The notes beneath the pieces were generated by a model that made no database searches, was not told the DNA's origin, and saw only the letters and a list, made by a program, of their open reading frames with translations. Position numbers and translations under genes: made by a program. A stretch of 64,000 bases of DNA from IMG/VR virus record IMGVR_UViG_2910942425_000008, positions 12,672 to 76,671 of that record. The stretch is one strand, 5' to 3'. Below are positions 18,421 through 27,454 of this stretch, piece by piece (within the stretch, counting starts at the first letter, position 1; every line of letters starts with the position of its first letter). Origin of the DNA: a virus (taxonomy: Duplodnaviria > Caudoviricetes).

Positions 18421-19893
18421 TCAGAATGGCGTACCCTCTGATGCTGTGCCCCTGGTAGTTGCCGTGGGGAATTGCGTACTGTGATGGATGGGGTAATCAG
18501 ATATCCGTTTAAATCTATCATCGTGGTGAAATATGACCGAATGGTTTCTTATACCATCCCTGTCTTTAGCAATTAAGATTTTACCTCTATTCTGCCACGA
18601 TTCGCCCTTAGAGTCTGAGATATCCTCTTTGTAGTAGGCCGGGCGGTGGATAAAACATACCTTATCCGCATCCTGCTCTATGTTTCCCGATTCCCTTAGG
18701 TCTTCCAAATCAGGCTCCTTTACAGCTTTAGCTTCATCAGATAGTCCTTTGGGTGGACGGTTCAACTGGGCTAGCAAGATGGTGGGGATATCAAGCTCTT
18801 TGCATAAACTTTTTAGTGAGCGGGTGATAAATCCTATTTCTAAGTCGCGTCTTTCGAACCGGGCGCTTGTACCTATAAGCCCCAGATAGTCGATAACCAG
18901 AAGGTCTAGCTTTTGTTTTCGCTTCTGTTTTCGGGCTATCGACTTTATTTCGCTAACCGTAATCGAAGGCTTGTCTACAATTGTCAGATTCCGGTTGTAG
19001 AACATAGATGCTTGCCTATCCAGCGCTTCCCATTCATGCTGGCTCATTTGCCCGGTTTTCAGGTTGTAGTTGCTTATAGATTCATCCTCCAACAAGTATC
19101 GCGATATAAGCTGATTCGCTGACATCTCTATCGAGATAAACAATACATGCCTCCCTGCATTGAAAGCCGCTTTAGAGAACGACAAGGCCAGTTGCGTTTT
19201 ACCCATCGACGGTCTTGCTCCGACTACAATCAGGTCGGGCGAACGCCATCCGCCCAGAAAAGCATCATCCAAGCCTTTCAGCCCGGTGGTTATGGATATA
19301 TCCAAACCCTGCTGTTTCAGCTTCTGAACCTCAGACGCTTTATCCAGTGTGTTTTTGATCGCTTCATTGATAGTGATGGTGCTCTCTCCGGTTGAACTGA
19401 TAACGATTTCCGTACATTTCTTCTCAAATTCTTCGAGCGTCTCAGATACATCTATCGTGTCATCGAAAGCCATTTGCTGAATAGCTGATGTGGCTGAAAT
19501 TATCTGCCGGGCAATAGACATTTGCTTTATTATCCGTGCATGATGTTCGATGTTTGCGGCCGAGCCGATATTCCCGGTCAGGTCTGATACATATACTGGA
19601 CCGCCAACCGACTCCAGTTCGCCCATTTTTCTCAATTCTTGGCTCACAGTCAGCATATCAATTGGCTCCGACCTAAGTCCCAGATTGGATACAGCCTTGA
19701 ATATCGTTTGATGAACGGGATCGTAAAAGTCATCTTCGGAAAGAAAGCCATCTATAGACTGAAACGCTTCTTTTTCGAGCATAACCGCGCCCAGTACCGC
19801 TTTTTCCAGTTCTCTGGCTTGCGGTTGAATCCTGCCCATTTCAGTCATAGGTAATCTTTCCTGTTTCTTCTTGTTGTGATTTTGGTTTTCCAT
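18421..19893 (-). CDS. dnaB: Replicative DNA helicase DnaB
   Basis: GARPSMGKT Walker A, VIDYLGL, LAQLNR, DLRESGNIEQDAD. Confidence 0.95.
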   Translation of the reverse strand: MENQNHNKKKQERLPMTEMGRIQPQARELEKAVLGAVMLEKEAFQSIDGFLSEDDFYDPVHQTIFKAVSNLGLRSEPIDMLTVSQELRKMGELESVGGPVYVSDLTGNIGSAANIEHHARIIKQMSIARQIISATSAIQQMAFDDTIDVSETLEEFEKKCTEIVISSTGESTITINEAIKNTLDKASEVQKLKQQGLDISITTGLKGLDDAFLGGWRSPDLIVVGARPSMGKTQLALSFSKAAFNAGRHVLFISIEMSANQLISRYLLEDESISNYNLKTGQMSQHEWEALDRQASMFYNRNLTIVDKPSITVSEIKSIARKQKRKQKLDLLVIDYLGLIGTSARFERRDLEIGFITRSLKSLCKELDIPTILLAQLNRPPKGLSDEAKAVKEPDLEDLRESGNIEQDADKVCFIHRPAYYKEDISDSKGESWQNRGKILIAKDRDGIRNHSVIFHHDDRFKRISDYPIHHSTQFPTATTRGTASEGTPF

Positions 19894-20614
19894 ATTCTTT
19901 TTTAGCCCAGTTTAGTACGGTTCGATACAGATTTACATAACGTTTCCTCAAATCCTTGCGATTCTCTATCTGTTCCACAATATCCGCTATTTGGCGGCTC
20001 GAGTAACATTCTTTCAATTTAAGAAACTCTACCTCTGTGATTTGCGAAGGAAAGTTCTTAGGATTGGCGCAATATGGCGCTGCTTTTTTTATCCAATCAT
20101 CAAATTTCTCAAAATCCGAAAGGGCGGGTGAAGAAACGCCAGTTTCTTTCTTATCTCCGTTAGGAGATTCTTTCTTTGTATTATCTACTTTACTATACTC
20201 TGTTGGAATTTTGCTCAACGGTCGTTGAACGGTCGTTGAACGGCTGTTCTTTTTTGCTCGCTTTTCTGCCGATTTTTTACCAGCCAAGCTCCTTTGCTCA
20301 CGGATATTTTCAAGAGGTATCATTCTATCATTAAAACTTTCGGAATAAAAGAAGTCTCCATCATCGGTAGATTTAAACTTAAATAAGTCGAAGTTCTCTA
20401 CAATGCTTTTTACTAATTCAGAACTTACATGTAAATCGAAGGCTATTAAATTATAATCTTTGGTACACATGTAGTTTGAACTTTCAAGCAGTCTTTCGAG
20501 AATAGCAAAATATACCCCATATCCTTCCATCTTATGCCTCATCCGCACGGCGATAATCTTATCATCATTACGAGCATTGCCATCATGTGGAAAATAAAAA
20601 GATTTCTTTGCCAT
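19841..20614 (-). CDS. Phage replication initiator (DUF4373 / Lin1244-like)
   Basis: YFPHDGNARNDDKI...EGYGVYFAILE; immediately upstream of dnaB. Confidence 0.8.
   Translation of the reverse strand: MAKKSFYFPHDGNARNDDKIIAVRMRHKMEGYGVYFAILERLLESSNYMCTKDYNLIAFDLHVSSELVKSIVENFDLFKFKSTDDGDFFYSESFNDRMIPLENIREQRSLAGKKSAEKRAKKNSRSTTVQRPLSKIPTEYSKVDNTKKESPNGDKKETGVSSPALSDFEKFDDWIKKAAPYCANPKNFPSQITEVEFLKLKECYSSRQIADIVEQIENRKDLRKRYVNLYRTVLNWAKKEYGKPKSQQEETGKITYD
20215..20243. repeat. Iteron-like tandem repeat inside the initiator gene
   Basis: AACGGTCGTTG x2 plus AACGG; includes inverted TCAACG/CGTTGA. Confidence 0.5.
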
Positions 20615-20615
20615 A

Positions 20616-20807
20616 TTACTTAAATTCTAATTGATTCTGTCCCCTTCTTTCAAGTTCGTCTTTGTATTGCATCAGAGCCTCTTTCACTCTTGTTTCGGTA
20701 CGCATCAGCCCCAACGGCAGGACGCCATGTAGCCGGTCCTCACACCGGGCTACTCCGTGTTGTAATTGTTCATTTGAGTAATCTTTGATTGTTTTCATAA
20801 TCTTCAA
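20616..20807 (-). CDS. Hypothetical protein
   Basis: 63 aa, ends QLEFK. Confidence 0.6.
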   Translation of the reverse strand: MKIMKTIKDYSNEQLQHGVARCEDRLHGVLPLGLMRTETRVKEALMQYKDELERRGQNQLEFK

Positions 20808-21669
20808 CAGCTTTAAATATTTGATAAATAAGAAGTGGCGCTACTGCGTTGCCTCCGGCCTTGATAGATTCTGCTCTAACTTTTGTAACCGCTTTTGAAA
20901 TGATTTTGTCGATTTCTTTTTCAGATAGTAATCCCATACTATCGTCTCTAATGCGATGTCGCAGTAGTTCGGTGGAAAACCCATCATCTCCATTACAAAC
21001 CGGTGATTGAGTCGGGAAGTCTCGCCAGTCTGCTGGAATGCTCTTTTCTGTAAAGAATCCTGATTTCTTTTTCCAGTGTTCTTTGCTGGATTGTCGTTTG
21101 CTGTTGGGGTAGGTAACAGTTTTAAGTCCATAAACTCCGTTTTTCCATTCTGGTTGCAGACTTTTAATCCCTGTGTCTGTGCGGTGGGCAATAAAGAATG
21201 TTCTATCTCTTCTGTGTGGAGCATTGACGGCACAAGCTGGAAGTATATACGGTGTGACTTCGTACCCGACAGCCTCCAAGTCAGATTGCACCTCGTTGAA
21301 TACCATCCCTCCATTCCAACTAATAATGCCGCGAACGTTTTCGCCCACAACCCAACGCGGGGAAATCTCCCGAATTGCTCTAAGCATTTCCGGCCAGATG
21401 TGCCGGTCATCGTTCTTTCCGAGCCTTTTCCCCGCAACACTGTGGGGTTGGCAAGGGAATCCTCCCGCAAGGACATCCACTTTTCCTCTCCAAATAGAGA
21501 AGTTTGTTTGTTTAATGTTTCCATAGTGAGGTATATTGGGTTTATAGTGGTTTAGAATTATATTACAAAACTCATCTATCTCACAGGTGAAGACGGTTTC
21601 CCATCCGAGCCAATCACCAGCAAGCGAGAATCCGTCTATACCGCTGAATAATGTCGCAAGTTTCATCAC
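20770..21669 (-). CDS. C5-cytosine DNA methyltransferase, alpha chain (motifs I-VIII and X)
   Basis: LFSGIDG, GGFPCQ, ENVRG, PHRRDR, GNAVAP; no motif IX in this frame. Confidence 0.9.
   Translation of the reverse strand: MMKLATLFSGIDGFSLAGDWLGWETVFTCEIDEFCNIILNHYKPNIPHYGNIKQTNFSIWRGKVDVLAGGFPCQPHSVAGKRLGKNDDRHIWPEMLRAIREISPRWVVGENVRGIISWNGGMVFNEVQSDLEAVGYEVTPYILPACAVNAPHRRDRTFFIAHRTDTGIKSLQPEWKNGVYGLKTVTYPNSKRQSSKEHWKKKSGFFTEKSIPADWRDFPTQSPVCNGDDGFSTELLRHRIRDDSMGLLSEKEIDKIISKAVTKVRAESIKAGGNAVAPLLIYQIFKAVEDYENNQRLLK
20841..21524 (-). CDS. Nested alternate-frame methyltransferase beta chain (motif IX / TRD-like)
   Basis: 227 aa ORF wholly inside the MTase; LLPTPTA and RLNHRFVMEMMGFP. Confidence 0.75.
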   Translation of the reverse strand: METLNKQTSLFGEEKWMSLREDSLANPTVLRGKGSERTMTGTSGRKCLEQFGRFPRVGLWAKTFAALLVGMEGWYSTRCNLTWRLSGTKSHRIYFQLVPSMLHTEEIEHSLLPTAQTQGLKVCNQNGKTEFMDLKLLPTPTANDNPAKNTGKRNQDSLQKRAFQQTGETSRLNHRFVMEMMGFPPNYCDIALETIVWDYYLKKKSTKSFQKRLQKLEQNLSRPEATQ

Positions 21670-21863
21670 TTCATCAATTTATAACTATCCATATAATTGC
21701 CCACCCTGTACGGTTTCTTTCCCCGGGTGGCTGATATTGTTTCCAATACATGCAGCTCGTTTGCAATCCTGTAAAACTCAGGTATGCTCATCTCCGCCAT
21801 ATTGTGAGAAAGGAGATAGTTGTATATCTCCTCTATCCGGGATTGGGTCTATTGTTGGTTCAT
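21666..21863 (-). pseudogene. Small ORF with in-frame TAG at codon 5 (or a 44-aa ORF from 21800)
   Basis: MNQQ*TQSRIEEIYNYLLSHNMAEM...; overlaps both neighbouring genes. Confidence 0.4.
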
Positions 21864-22726
21864 ACAAACATTGTTAGTTGTTTTTTCGACTCCAAGGCGG
21901 CATTGCAGTTCCTTACAGCCGCATTAAAGTAACTCTCTTTCAGTTCAACGCCTATTGCTCTGCGGCCTCTCAGTATTGCCTGATAAGGTTCTGAGCCTAT
22001 CCCCAGAAAAGGAGTGTAAATTGTATCACCTTCGTTCGAATAAAGAGTCAATAACCTGTCTATAGTGTCTAATTGCAGGGGGCATATATGCTTCTCGTCC
22101 TTTTCGTCTCGGCTGCCTTTCAGGTTCAGCGTATTAGAGTAATTTATATCATACCATACAGGGGATGCGTATTTTTGCCATGTATCTACTGAAATATCAC
22201 ATTTTACAGGATTGTCCCTATCACCATCCCTCCGAAACACAAGCACATAATCGGGCAATCCTACCCTGCTCATTGTAGCGTCTTTCTTTACTTGTTTGTG
22301 AAGCAACCCTAATGCTTTTGTGCGTTGCATCTCGACTACCGGGTCTTTCCAGATGGTTATGCGTGAGTGATAAATAAACCCTTCTTTTTCGAAAGATTCT
22401 CTTATCATATTCGAAAAATCGCGCAATCCAATAAACCCTTCTTTTCCTTTCTGTATAGGCAAATCCATACAATGAACACATACATTACGTCCTTGCATCA
22501 TTACCCTGTGCAACTCCTTTACCAGAAAAGAGAAAGCAAACAGAAACTCATTGTAGTCTTTAGAGTTTCCCATATCTGCTATATCATCCGAATACGTGTA
22601 CAGCTCAGCAAACGGAGGGGAAAATATGGATAGCCCTATTGATTCATCCGGCAATAGTGGCGTTACTTCCACGCAATCGCCATGATACAAAGCATATTCA
22701 TCTGTAATTAATTGATTCCTTATCAT
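21860..22726 (-). CDS. N4/N6 DNA methyltransferase
   Basis: GDCVE, SPPF motif IV, HICPLQ, TPFLGIGS motif I. Confidence 0.9.
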   Translation of the reverse strand: MIRNQLITDEYALYHGDCVEVTPLLPDESIGLSIFSPPFAELYTYSDDIADMGNSKDYNEFLFAFSFLVKELHRVMMQGRNVCVHCMDLPIQKGKEGFIGLRDFSNMIRESFEKEGFIYHSRITIWKDPVVEMQRTKALGLLHKQVKKDATMSRVGLPDYVLVFRRDGDRDNPVKCDISVDTWQKYASPVWYDINYSNTLNLKGSRDEKDEKHICPLQLDTIDRLLTLYSNEGDTIYTPFLGIGSEPYQAILRGRRAIGVELKESYFNAAVRNCNAALESKKQLTMFV

Positions 22727-22728
22727 AG

Positions 22729-24105
22729 TTATGATACTTTTAAAAATGTTGGCAACTTAAATTCAATCTGATTCTGCTCTTTTTTTTCTCTGAAAGTGAA
22801 AATGTTTCGCATGGCATCTACCATGTGGCGTTGCATTGAGTGAAACTTCTTTTGTTTCTCCTTAATGTTAGCAATTACATTCTGCATCGTATCAGTGGTA
22901 ATAATGTAGATATTTACTGTATGCTTTTGTCCAAAACGCAGCGAACGCCTGATCGCTTGATAAAGCGATTCGAAAGAGAAATCCAGCGAGGCAAATATCT
23001 GGTTGTGGCAGTTTTGGTAATTAAGCCCGTATTGGGCTATTTTGGCTTTTGTTATCAATACGCGAAACTCGTTATTAGCAAAGCCCAGCAACCTGCTTTC
23101 TTTTACATCAGGCTTGTCACTTCCCTTAACCTCTACTGCGCCAGGTATGATTTTTCTCAGGTACTCGCCTTCCATATCTTGTTTGATCCAGATTATAAAA
23201 TTCTCGGATGAGTTATTTACAATATCGGCCACATTACTCAGTCTATCTACCAGCGTCAGTCTCAGTTCCTTGTTGAAGTTCGTTGCATTCACGGCAATGT
23301 CGTTAAACAACATTCCATTATCCCGTTTGTGTGTTTCTATGATATTCTCTATCATATTCAGTTCAGGAAGTATGTATCCGGTATCATCAAAGCCGATATC
23401 TGATGGTTTGCTAATCATTATAGCCCATGTAGATACCCACTGCCAGAAGTCTTTTTCGGCATGACCTTTTATCCTCCATTTGGATGTGTCTCCACCATCA
23501 TGAACGAAATACATAGACAGCATTTCGTTTCGCGACATTACTCCCAAAAATTCAGAATGATTGCCTAGCTCCATCGGGTCATTTGGCGATGGCGTGGCTG
23601 TCCAGCAACTTTTGTAAGGGGTATTCACAAACCTTTCCATCAAGCTGTTTCGCATCTTGCCTTCGAAGTTCTTCAGTATTGAACTCTCATCTAAGGCAAC
23701 CCCGCAAAACAGTGAGGCGTCTATATTATCCAGTTGCTCATAATTGGTAATATAAATTTTAGGAGATAAGAACGCATCATCCTTCAACCGCTCAATTGAA
23801 TAGCCAAATTTTTCAGCCTCTTTTATAGTTTGCCCCGACACGGCTAGCGGAGTGAGTATAATCACAGGCCTCTGCTCTCTGTCACAAACCTGTTTGCACC
23901 ACTCCAATTGTTGGAAGGTTTTACCGAGTCCGCAATCTTCAAATAGTGCAAATCGCCCTGTCTCAATGGCTCTCTTTACACAGTACTTTTGAAAAGCGAA
24001 CATTTGCGTATTTAGTGTCGATTCATCAACCGAAAAACCCCATTCTTTGGGTCGTTTCTTTTTTCGTTCAAGGTGTTCTGCATATTCCTTAATTCTTGTT
24101 TCCAT
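22729..24105 (-). CDS. Superfamily 2 (SNF2-like) helicase
   Basis: DCGLGKT, LDESS, TATPSPND, YGLNYQ, YQAIRRSLRFGQ. Confidence 0.9.
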   Translation of the reverse strand: METRIKEYAEHLERKKKRPKEWGFSVDESTLNTQMFAFQKYCVKRAIETGRFALFEDCGLGKTFQQLEWCKQVCDREQRPVIILTPLAVSGQTIKEAEKFGYSIERLKDDAFLSPKIYITNYEQLDNIDASLFCGVALDESSILKNFEGKMRNSLMERFVNTPYKSCWTATPSPNDPMELGNHSEFLGVMSRNEMLSMYFVHDGGDTSKWRIKGHAEKDFWQWVSTWAIMISKPSDIGFDDTGYILPELNMIENIIETHKRDNGMLFNDIAVNATNFNKELRLTLVDRLSNVADIVNNSSENFIIWIKQDMEGEYLRKIIPGAVEVKGSDKPDVKESRLLGFANNEFRVLITKAKIAQYGLNYQNCHNQIFASLDFSFESLYQAIRRSLRFGQKHTVNIYIITTDTMQNVIANIKEKQKKFHSMQRHMVDAMRNIFTFREKKEQNQIEFKLPTFLKVS

Positions 24106-24213
24106 TTTTAATACAAGTTCTTAACCGGGCCCGATTGTGGTTAATACTTATTTTCGTAACTGGTGGGAGACTCGACCTCCCACACAAATACCACCTCCAA
24201 ATGGGAGGATTAT

Positions 24214-24576
24214 TTACAGCCATTCGTCCAACTCTGCAAACTCAGAGATTAGTTTTTCGCGCCAATTTTCGATAATCCCATTTTCGTCAATGTCCATGAT
24301 GATATAGTCGCCATCCCATTCACCGCCCGGACACATAATTTCGGGCACATAGCCCTCTTTACGTATTATCTCAGATTTATCTTCATCCAGCAGGCAGTAT
24401 ATTCCGGCATCGCATACCTTGTAGTGTATAGAAGCTGTTTTGCCCTGCTCCCAATTTAGGATTTTGCCTTCATCAATATCTATTAGCGGCTTCCATCCGT
24501 CACCATCTTTACATGGTATGTTATCGCCATCTTCGGTATCCGGATTTCCATCATCTTTTCGTAACTTATCTTACAT
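24214..24576 (-). pseudogene. Conserved phage protein frame interrupted by TAA at codon 2
   Basis: ATG TAA then 118 open codons: ...DNIPCKDGDGWKPLIDIDEGKILNW...IHYKVCDAG...GDYIIMDIDENG. Confidence 0.55.
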
Positions 24577-25116
24577 TCAAACCAATTCATATTCTTTAAT
24601 TTTAATTTTATAATATTCTATCTGCTCTTTTATTTCTTCGGTCGTCATTTTCAGTGGTTTATTTCTTATCTCTAATAGTTGTTCATATCTCTCTATGCCA
24701 ATACGCATAGGAAGAGATAGCGAATATTCAGTAGTATTGCCGTGACGGTGTTGGTTGCAGGCGACACACTGACCGTGTACGTTGTCTTCGTTGAACCTTA
24801 GATTGGGATAAGCCCCGAGTGAGAAAAAATGCCCTGCATCGTATTTTCCTACTAAAGAACATCCACACGATATGCACGGCATACCTTTGTCTCTCAACCT
24901 GATATATTTATTGAATACCTTTTGCAGATCGTTTAGCCACTGCGAATGCGTTTTTAGCCGCTCTTTCGCCTTCGCTTTTTCCTTCGCCTTGTCTTTCTGC
25001 ACCTTGCTTTTCGCCTTGGTTGCTATACAAGAAAGGCATAGCCTCGATACGATTATGCCATTTCTGTATATGGGCTCAAAGTTGGTTTTGCACGATCGGC
25101 ATTTGATTACAACCAT
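24577..25116 (-). CDS. ninG: NinG/Rap-like recombination nuclease
   Basis: FNKYIRLRD...CISCG...DAGHF...LRFNEDNVHGQCVACN. Confidence 0.9.
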   Translation of the reverse strand: MVVIKCRSCKTNFEPIYRNGIIVSRLCLSCIATKAKSKVQKDKAKEKAKAKERLKTHSQWLNDLQKVFNKYIRLRDKGMPCISCGCSLVGKYDAGHFFSLGAYPNLRFNEDNVHGQCVACNQHRHGNTTEYSLSLPMRIGIERYEQLLEIRNKPLKMTTEEIKEQIEYYKIKIKEYELV

Positions 25117-25544
25117 TGTCTTTGTCTTTTCGTTTCTTCCTGAATATGTTCCAGAAACTTATCTTCGTTAGCTTCGGGCAGATAGATACCGGCTTCATTG
25201 GCGCTCCAATTCCTAAACCGGTCTATGGCATCTGTCATTTGTTTGGTATCTATTTCTGCTGAACTCCTTATTATTGTCACACTTCCCAGATAATCATCTT
25301 CACGCTCGTACAGGAATATATCAGGATTGCATAACTTCTTGAAGTATTCCTTTTTCACAAATTTGAGATTATTTCCTGTCTCTATGCAGAACCACGAAAT
25401 AATAAGGTGTAGATAGTTATTCTGCGATAATATCCGTTTCTCCCGCTTTTCTGTGAGGTCTACTTTCTTTTTTTTGTCAATCATGTATTGCACTCTGGTT
25501 AAGAAAGATTTTACCCCTGTTTCCGTTGTAAGATCGAAATACAT
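25107..25544 (-). CDS. NinB-like protein
   Basis: RILSQNNYLH...RSSAEIDTKQM. Confidence 0.7.
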   Translation of the reverse strand: MYFDLTTETGVKSFLTRVQYMIDKKKKVDLTEKREKRILSQNNYLHLIISWFCIETGNNLKFVKKEYFKKLCNPDIFLYEREDDYLGSVTIIRSSAEIDTKQMTDAIDRFRNWSANEAGIYLPEANEDKFLEHIQEETKRQRQWL

Positions 25545-25556
25545 AAGTCCAGATAA

Positions 25557-25925
25557 TTAGAAGGGCAAATCATCATCAGCCGGTGCGCTATTCCCCTGTG
25601 ACGTATTTTGCACCGATTGCGGCCTGCCGCCCAACAACTGCAAATTGTTTACAAACACACATTGGTCGGCGATGGCTTTGTTGTCTTTATTGATGTAGGC
25701 CGATGTGTAAGGCATGCCACTGATATACACCTGCTGGCCTTTCTTCAGGTAGTTGCCAAGCTTGTTGCTTTCGCCTACCAGCCTCAGGCATCGCACCCAG
25801 TAGGTCTTATTCTGTCCGTTACGCTTCTCGGTGTAAGCTATAGAGAACGAATAGTAATCTTTGCCGTTGATAGGCTTCGTTTCGGCATCTTGTCCGATAT
25901 TGCCTATGATTTCTAGTCTGTACAT
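25557..25925 (-). CDS. ssb: Single-stranded DNA-binding protein
   Basis: IIGNIGQDAE...LKKGQQVYISG...DDLPF tail; start 25925. Confidence 0.9.
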   Translation of the reverse strand: MYRLEIIGNIGQDAETKPINGKDYYSFSIAYTEKRNGQNKTYWVRCLRLVGESNKLGNYLKKGQQVYISGMPYTSAYINKDNKAIADQCVFVNNLQLLGGRPQSVQNTSQGNSAPADDDLPF

Positions 25926-25930
25926 GATTA

Positions 25931-26551
25931 TCAATATTTTACGTAATAGTTTTTTATTTGTTGTAATATAGTACATCTGCCCCTAATGCTGTTTATAAAT
26001 TCTTCGTTGCGAGGAATGCGAAACTCGATATATTCGTCAGGCGTTATATTTCTTTTGATATTTTCTTCGTCATCGTATGTCTGGACTTCGAGATAGCACA
26101 AGGTTGCAGCATCTAATTCTGAACAGAATAGCTGGTATTGAACTTGCTCATAATTATGCTTGTAGTGTTTCCGTATAAATTCAAGATATTCTTCTTCCGG
26201 AGATTCGCGATACATATTTATATCGAGATAGTCATTTGCAAAGACCGTTTTCAGCTCAATGAAATCAACAACTTTATTGTGTTCCACCTTCGCAAAATCT
26301 AGAGTCGCCCTGCAAACATCCATTTCTTTGCTCACCACTTTATATTGTGGCAGATATTCATCACTCAATGCCAAAAAGAAGCGGTCTTCGAGTATCGCTC
26401 CTGCCCGGAGCGCATTTATAGGGCTACGTTTTGCATTATAGTGTGGTATTTCATCCGAAACAAAGCGCCTCAATAGTTTTCTGTGTGACTCAGTAGTGAT
26501 GCCCGACATTAAAGCGACTACATCACCGCTACCTATATACATACTCCTCAT
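25931..26551 (-). CDS. YqaJ / lambda-exonuclease-like nuclease
   Basis: YIGSGDV, ATLDF, IELKT, QVQYQL; ATGA coupled to ERF stop at 26551. Confidence 0.7.
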   Translation of the reverse strand: MRSMYIGSGDVVALMSGITTESHRKLLRRFVSDEIPHYNAKRSPINALRAGAILEDRFFLALSDEYLPQYKVVSKEMDVCRATLDFAKVEHNKVVDFIELKTVFANDYLDINMYRESPEEEYLEFIRKHYKHNYEQVQYQLFCSELDAATLCYLEVQTYDDEENIKRNITPDEYIEFRIPRNEEFINSIRGRCTILQQIKNYYVKY

Positions 26552-27126
26552 ACCTTTTCCTTTATATGCCCACTTTTTACCCAAGCGTTATAAGTAGTTT
26601 CTATTTGCTTGTTCGTCAGGTCTTCCATAACACCAATATCATATCTTTTAAGAATGGTATTCAGGGCATTATTATTTGCAAGCATTACATCATATACAGC
26701 CTTTCGCTTGTCCGACAACACTTCTTCGGGTGTTCGATTTTCATGTTTTTCGCTGTCTATTTCCTTGGAGTCATCTATGCAGAATAATCCATTCAGGGCG
26801 TATTTGCGGGCGTACGAACTTGCCGAACCTGTTATCTGAGCTGCGTCCATCCCTTTCTTTGTTTCTTCCTCACGGGCATAGGCCTTGACTATCGCCGATT
26901 TACCTTTTTCATTAGTTAGAATTGCAGTAGCCTCTATGTATACCCTGCCGCCTACATCTTTGACTTCGTCCGATAAAACAAGTGTGCATTGCATTTCCTC
27001 TAAAAGGGGCTTAACTGCCTCCAAGATATCCTCACAACTGCGATAATTGTAATTGCCAAACTTGTTTAGCTGATTTTTGGGGGCTTTTAACCGAGATTGT
27101 ATTTTTATTAATTCTTCCATTGTCAT
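26548..27126 (-). CDS. erf: ERF-family single-strand annealing protein
   Basis: LKAPKNQLNKFGNYNYRSCEDILEAVKPLL...GSASSYARKYALNGLF. Confidence 0.9.
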   Translation of the reverse strand: MTMEELIKIQSRLKAPKNQLNKFGNYNYRSCEDILEAVKPLLEEMQCTLVLSDEVKDVGGRVYIEATAILTNEKGKSAIVKAYAREEETKKGMDAAQITGSASSYARKYALNGLFCIDDSKEIDSEKHENRTPEEVLSDKRKAVYDVMLANNNALNTILKRYDIGVMEDLTNKQIETTYNAWVKSGHIKEKV

Positions 27127-27133
27127 TATAATT

Positions 27134-27454
27134 TTAAGTGAACTGAAAACTTTTCTGGTTCCCGTTACCATATCTGATTTGTTTGATTGTTGCTTTGAAT
27201 GGAAAGTCATCTTTGTTTATCTGGTCTAAGTCATGTTTGATGTATTTGGAATCGGTAAAAAACTTACATTCCTTTCCATCAAATCTGACTTTAACAATGT
27301 ATCTGTTATCGCCATGCTGGGTCTTTATCCCGGCCTGAAAATCAATCACCTCTACCTCACAATTTAAGATGTCGCTAATAGACACTACCTGAACATCAAA
27401 TATGGCTTTACCGTCATCCAGTGGCTTTATGCCAAGTTCTGAGAACTTCTTCAT
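27134..27454 (-). CDS. RT-linked small beta-rich protein (candidate DGR accessory)
   Basis: 106 aa, overlaps the RT 3' end by 41 nt. Confidence 0.75.
   Translation of the reverse strand: MKKFSELGIKPLDDGKAIFDVQVVSISDILNCEVEVIDFQAGIKTQHGDNRYIVKVRFDGKECKFFTDSKYIKHDLDQINKDDFPFKATIKQIRYGNGNQKSFQFT

Noticed and set aside
21849-21851. TAG read-through / alternative genetic code
   Set aside because: Several clear genes end in TAG (e.g. 2100, integrase 36222, 64000), so TAG is a normal stop
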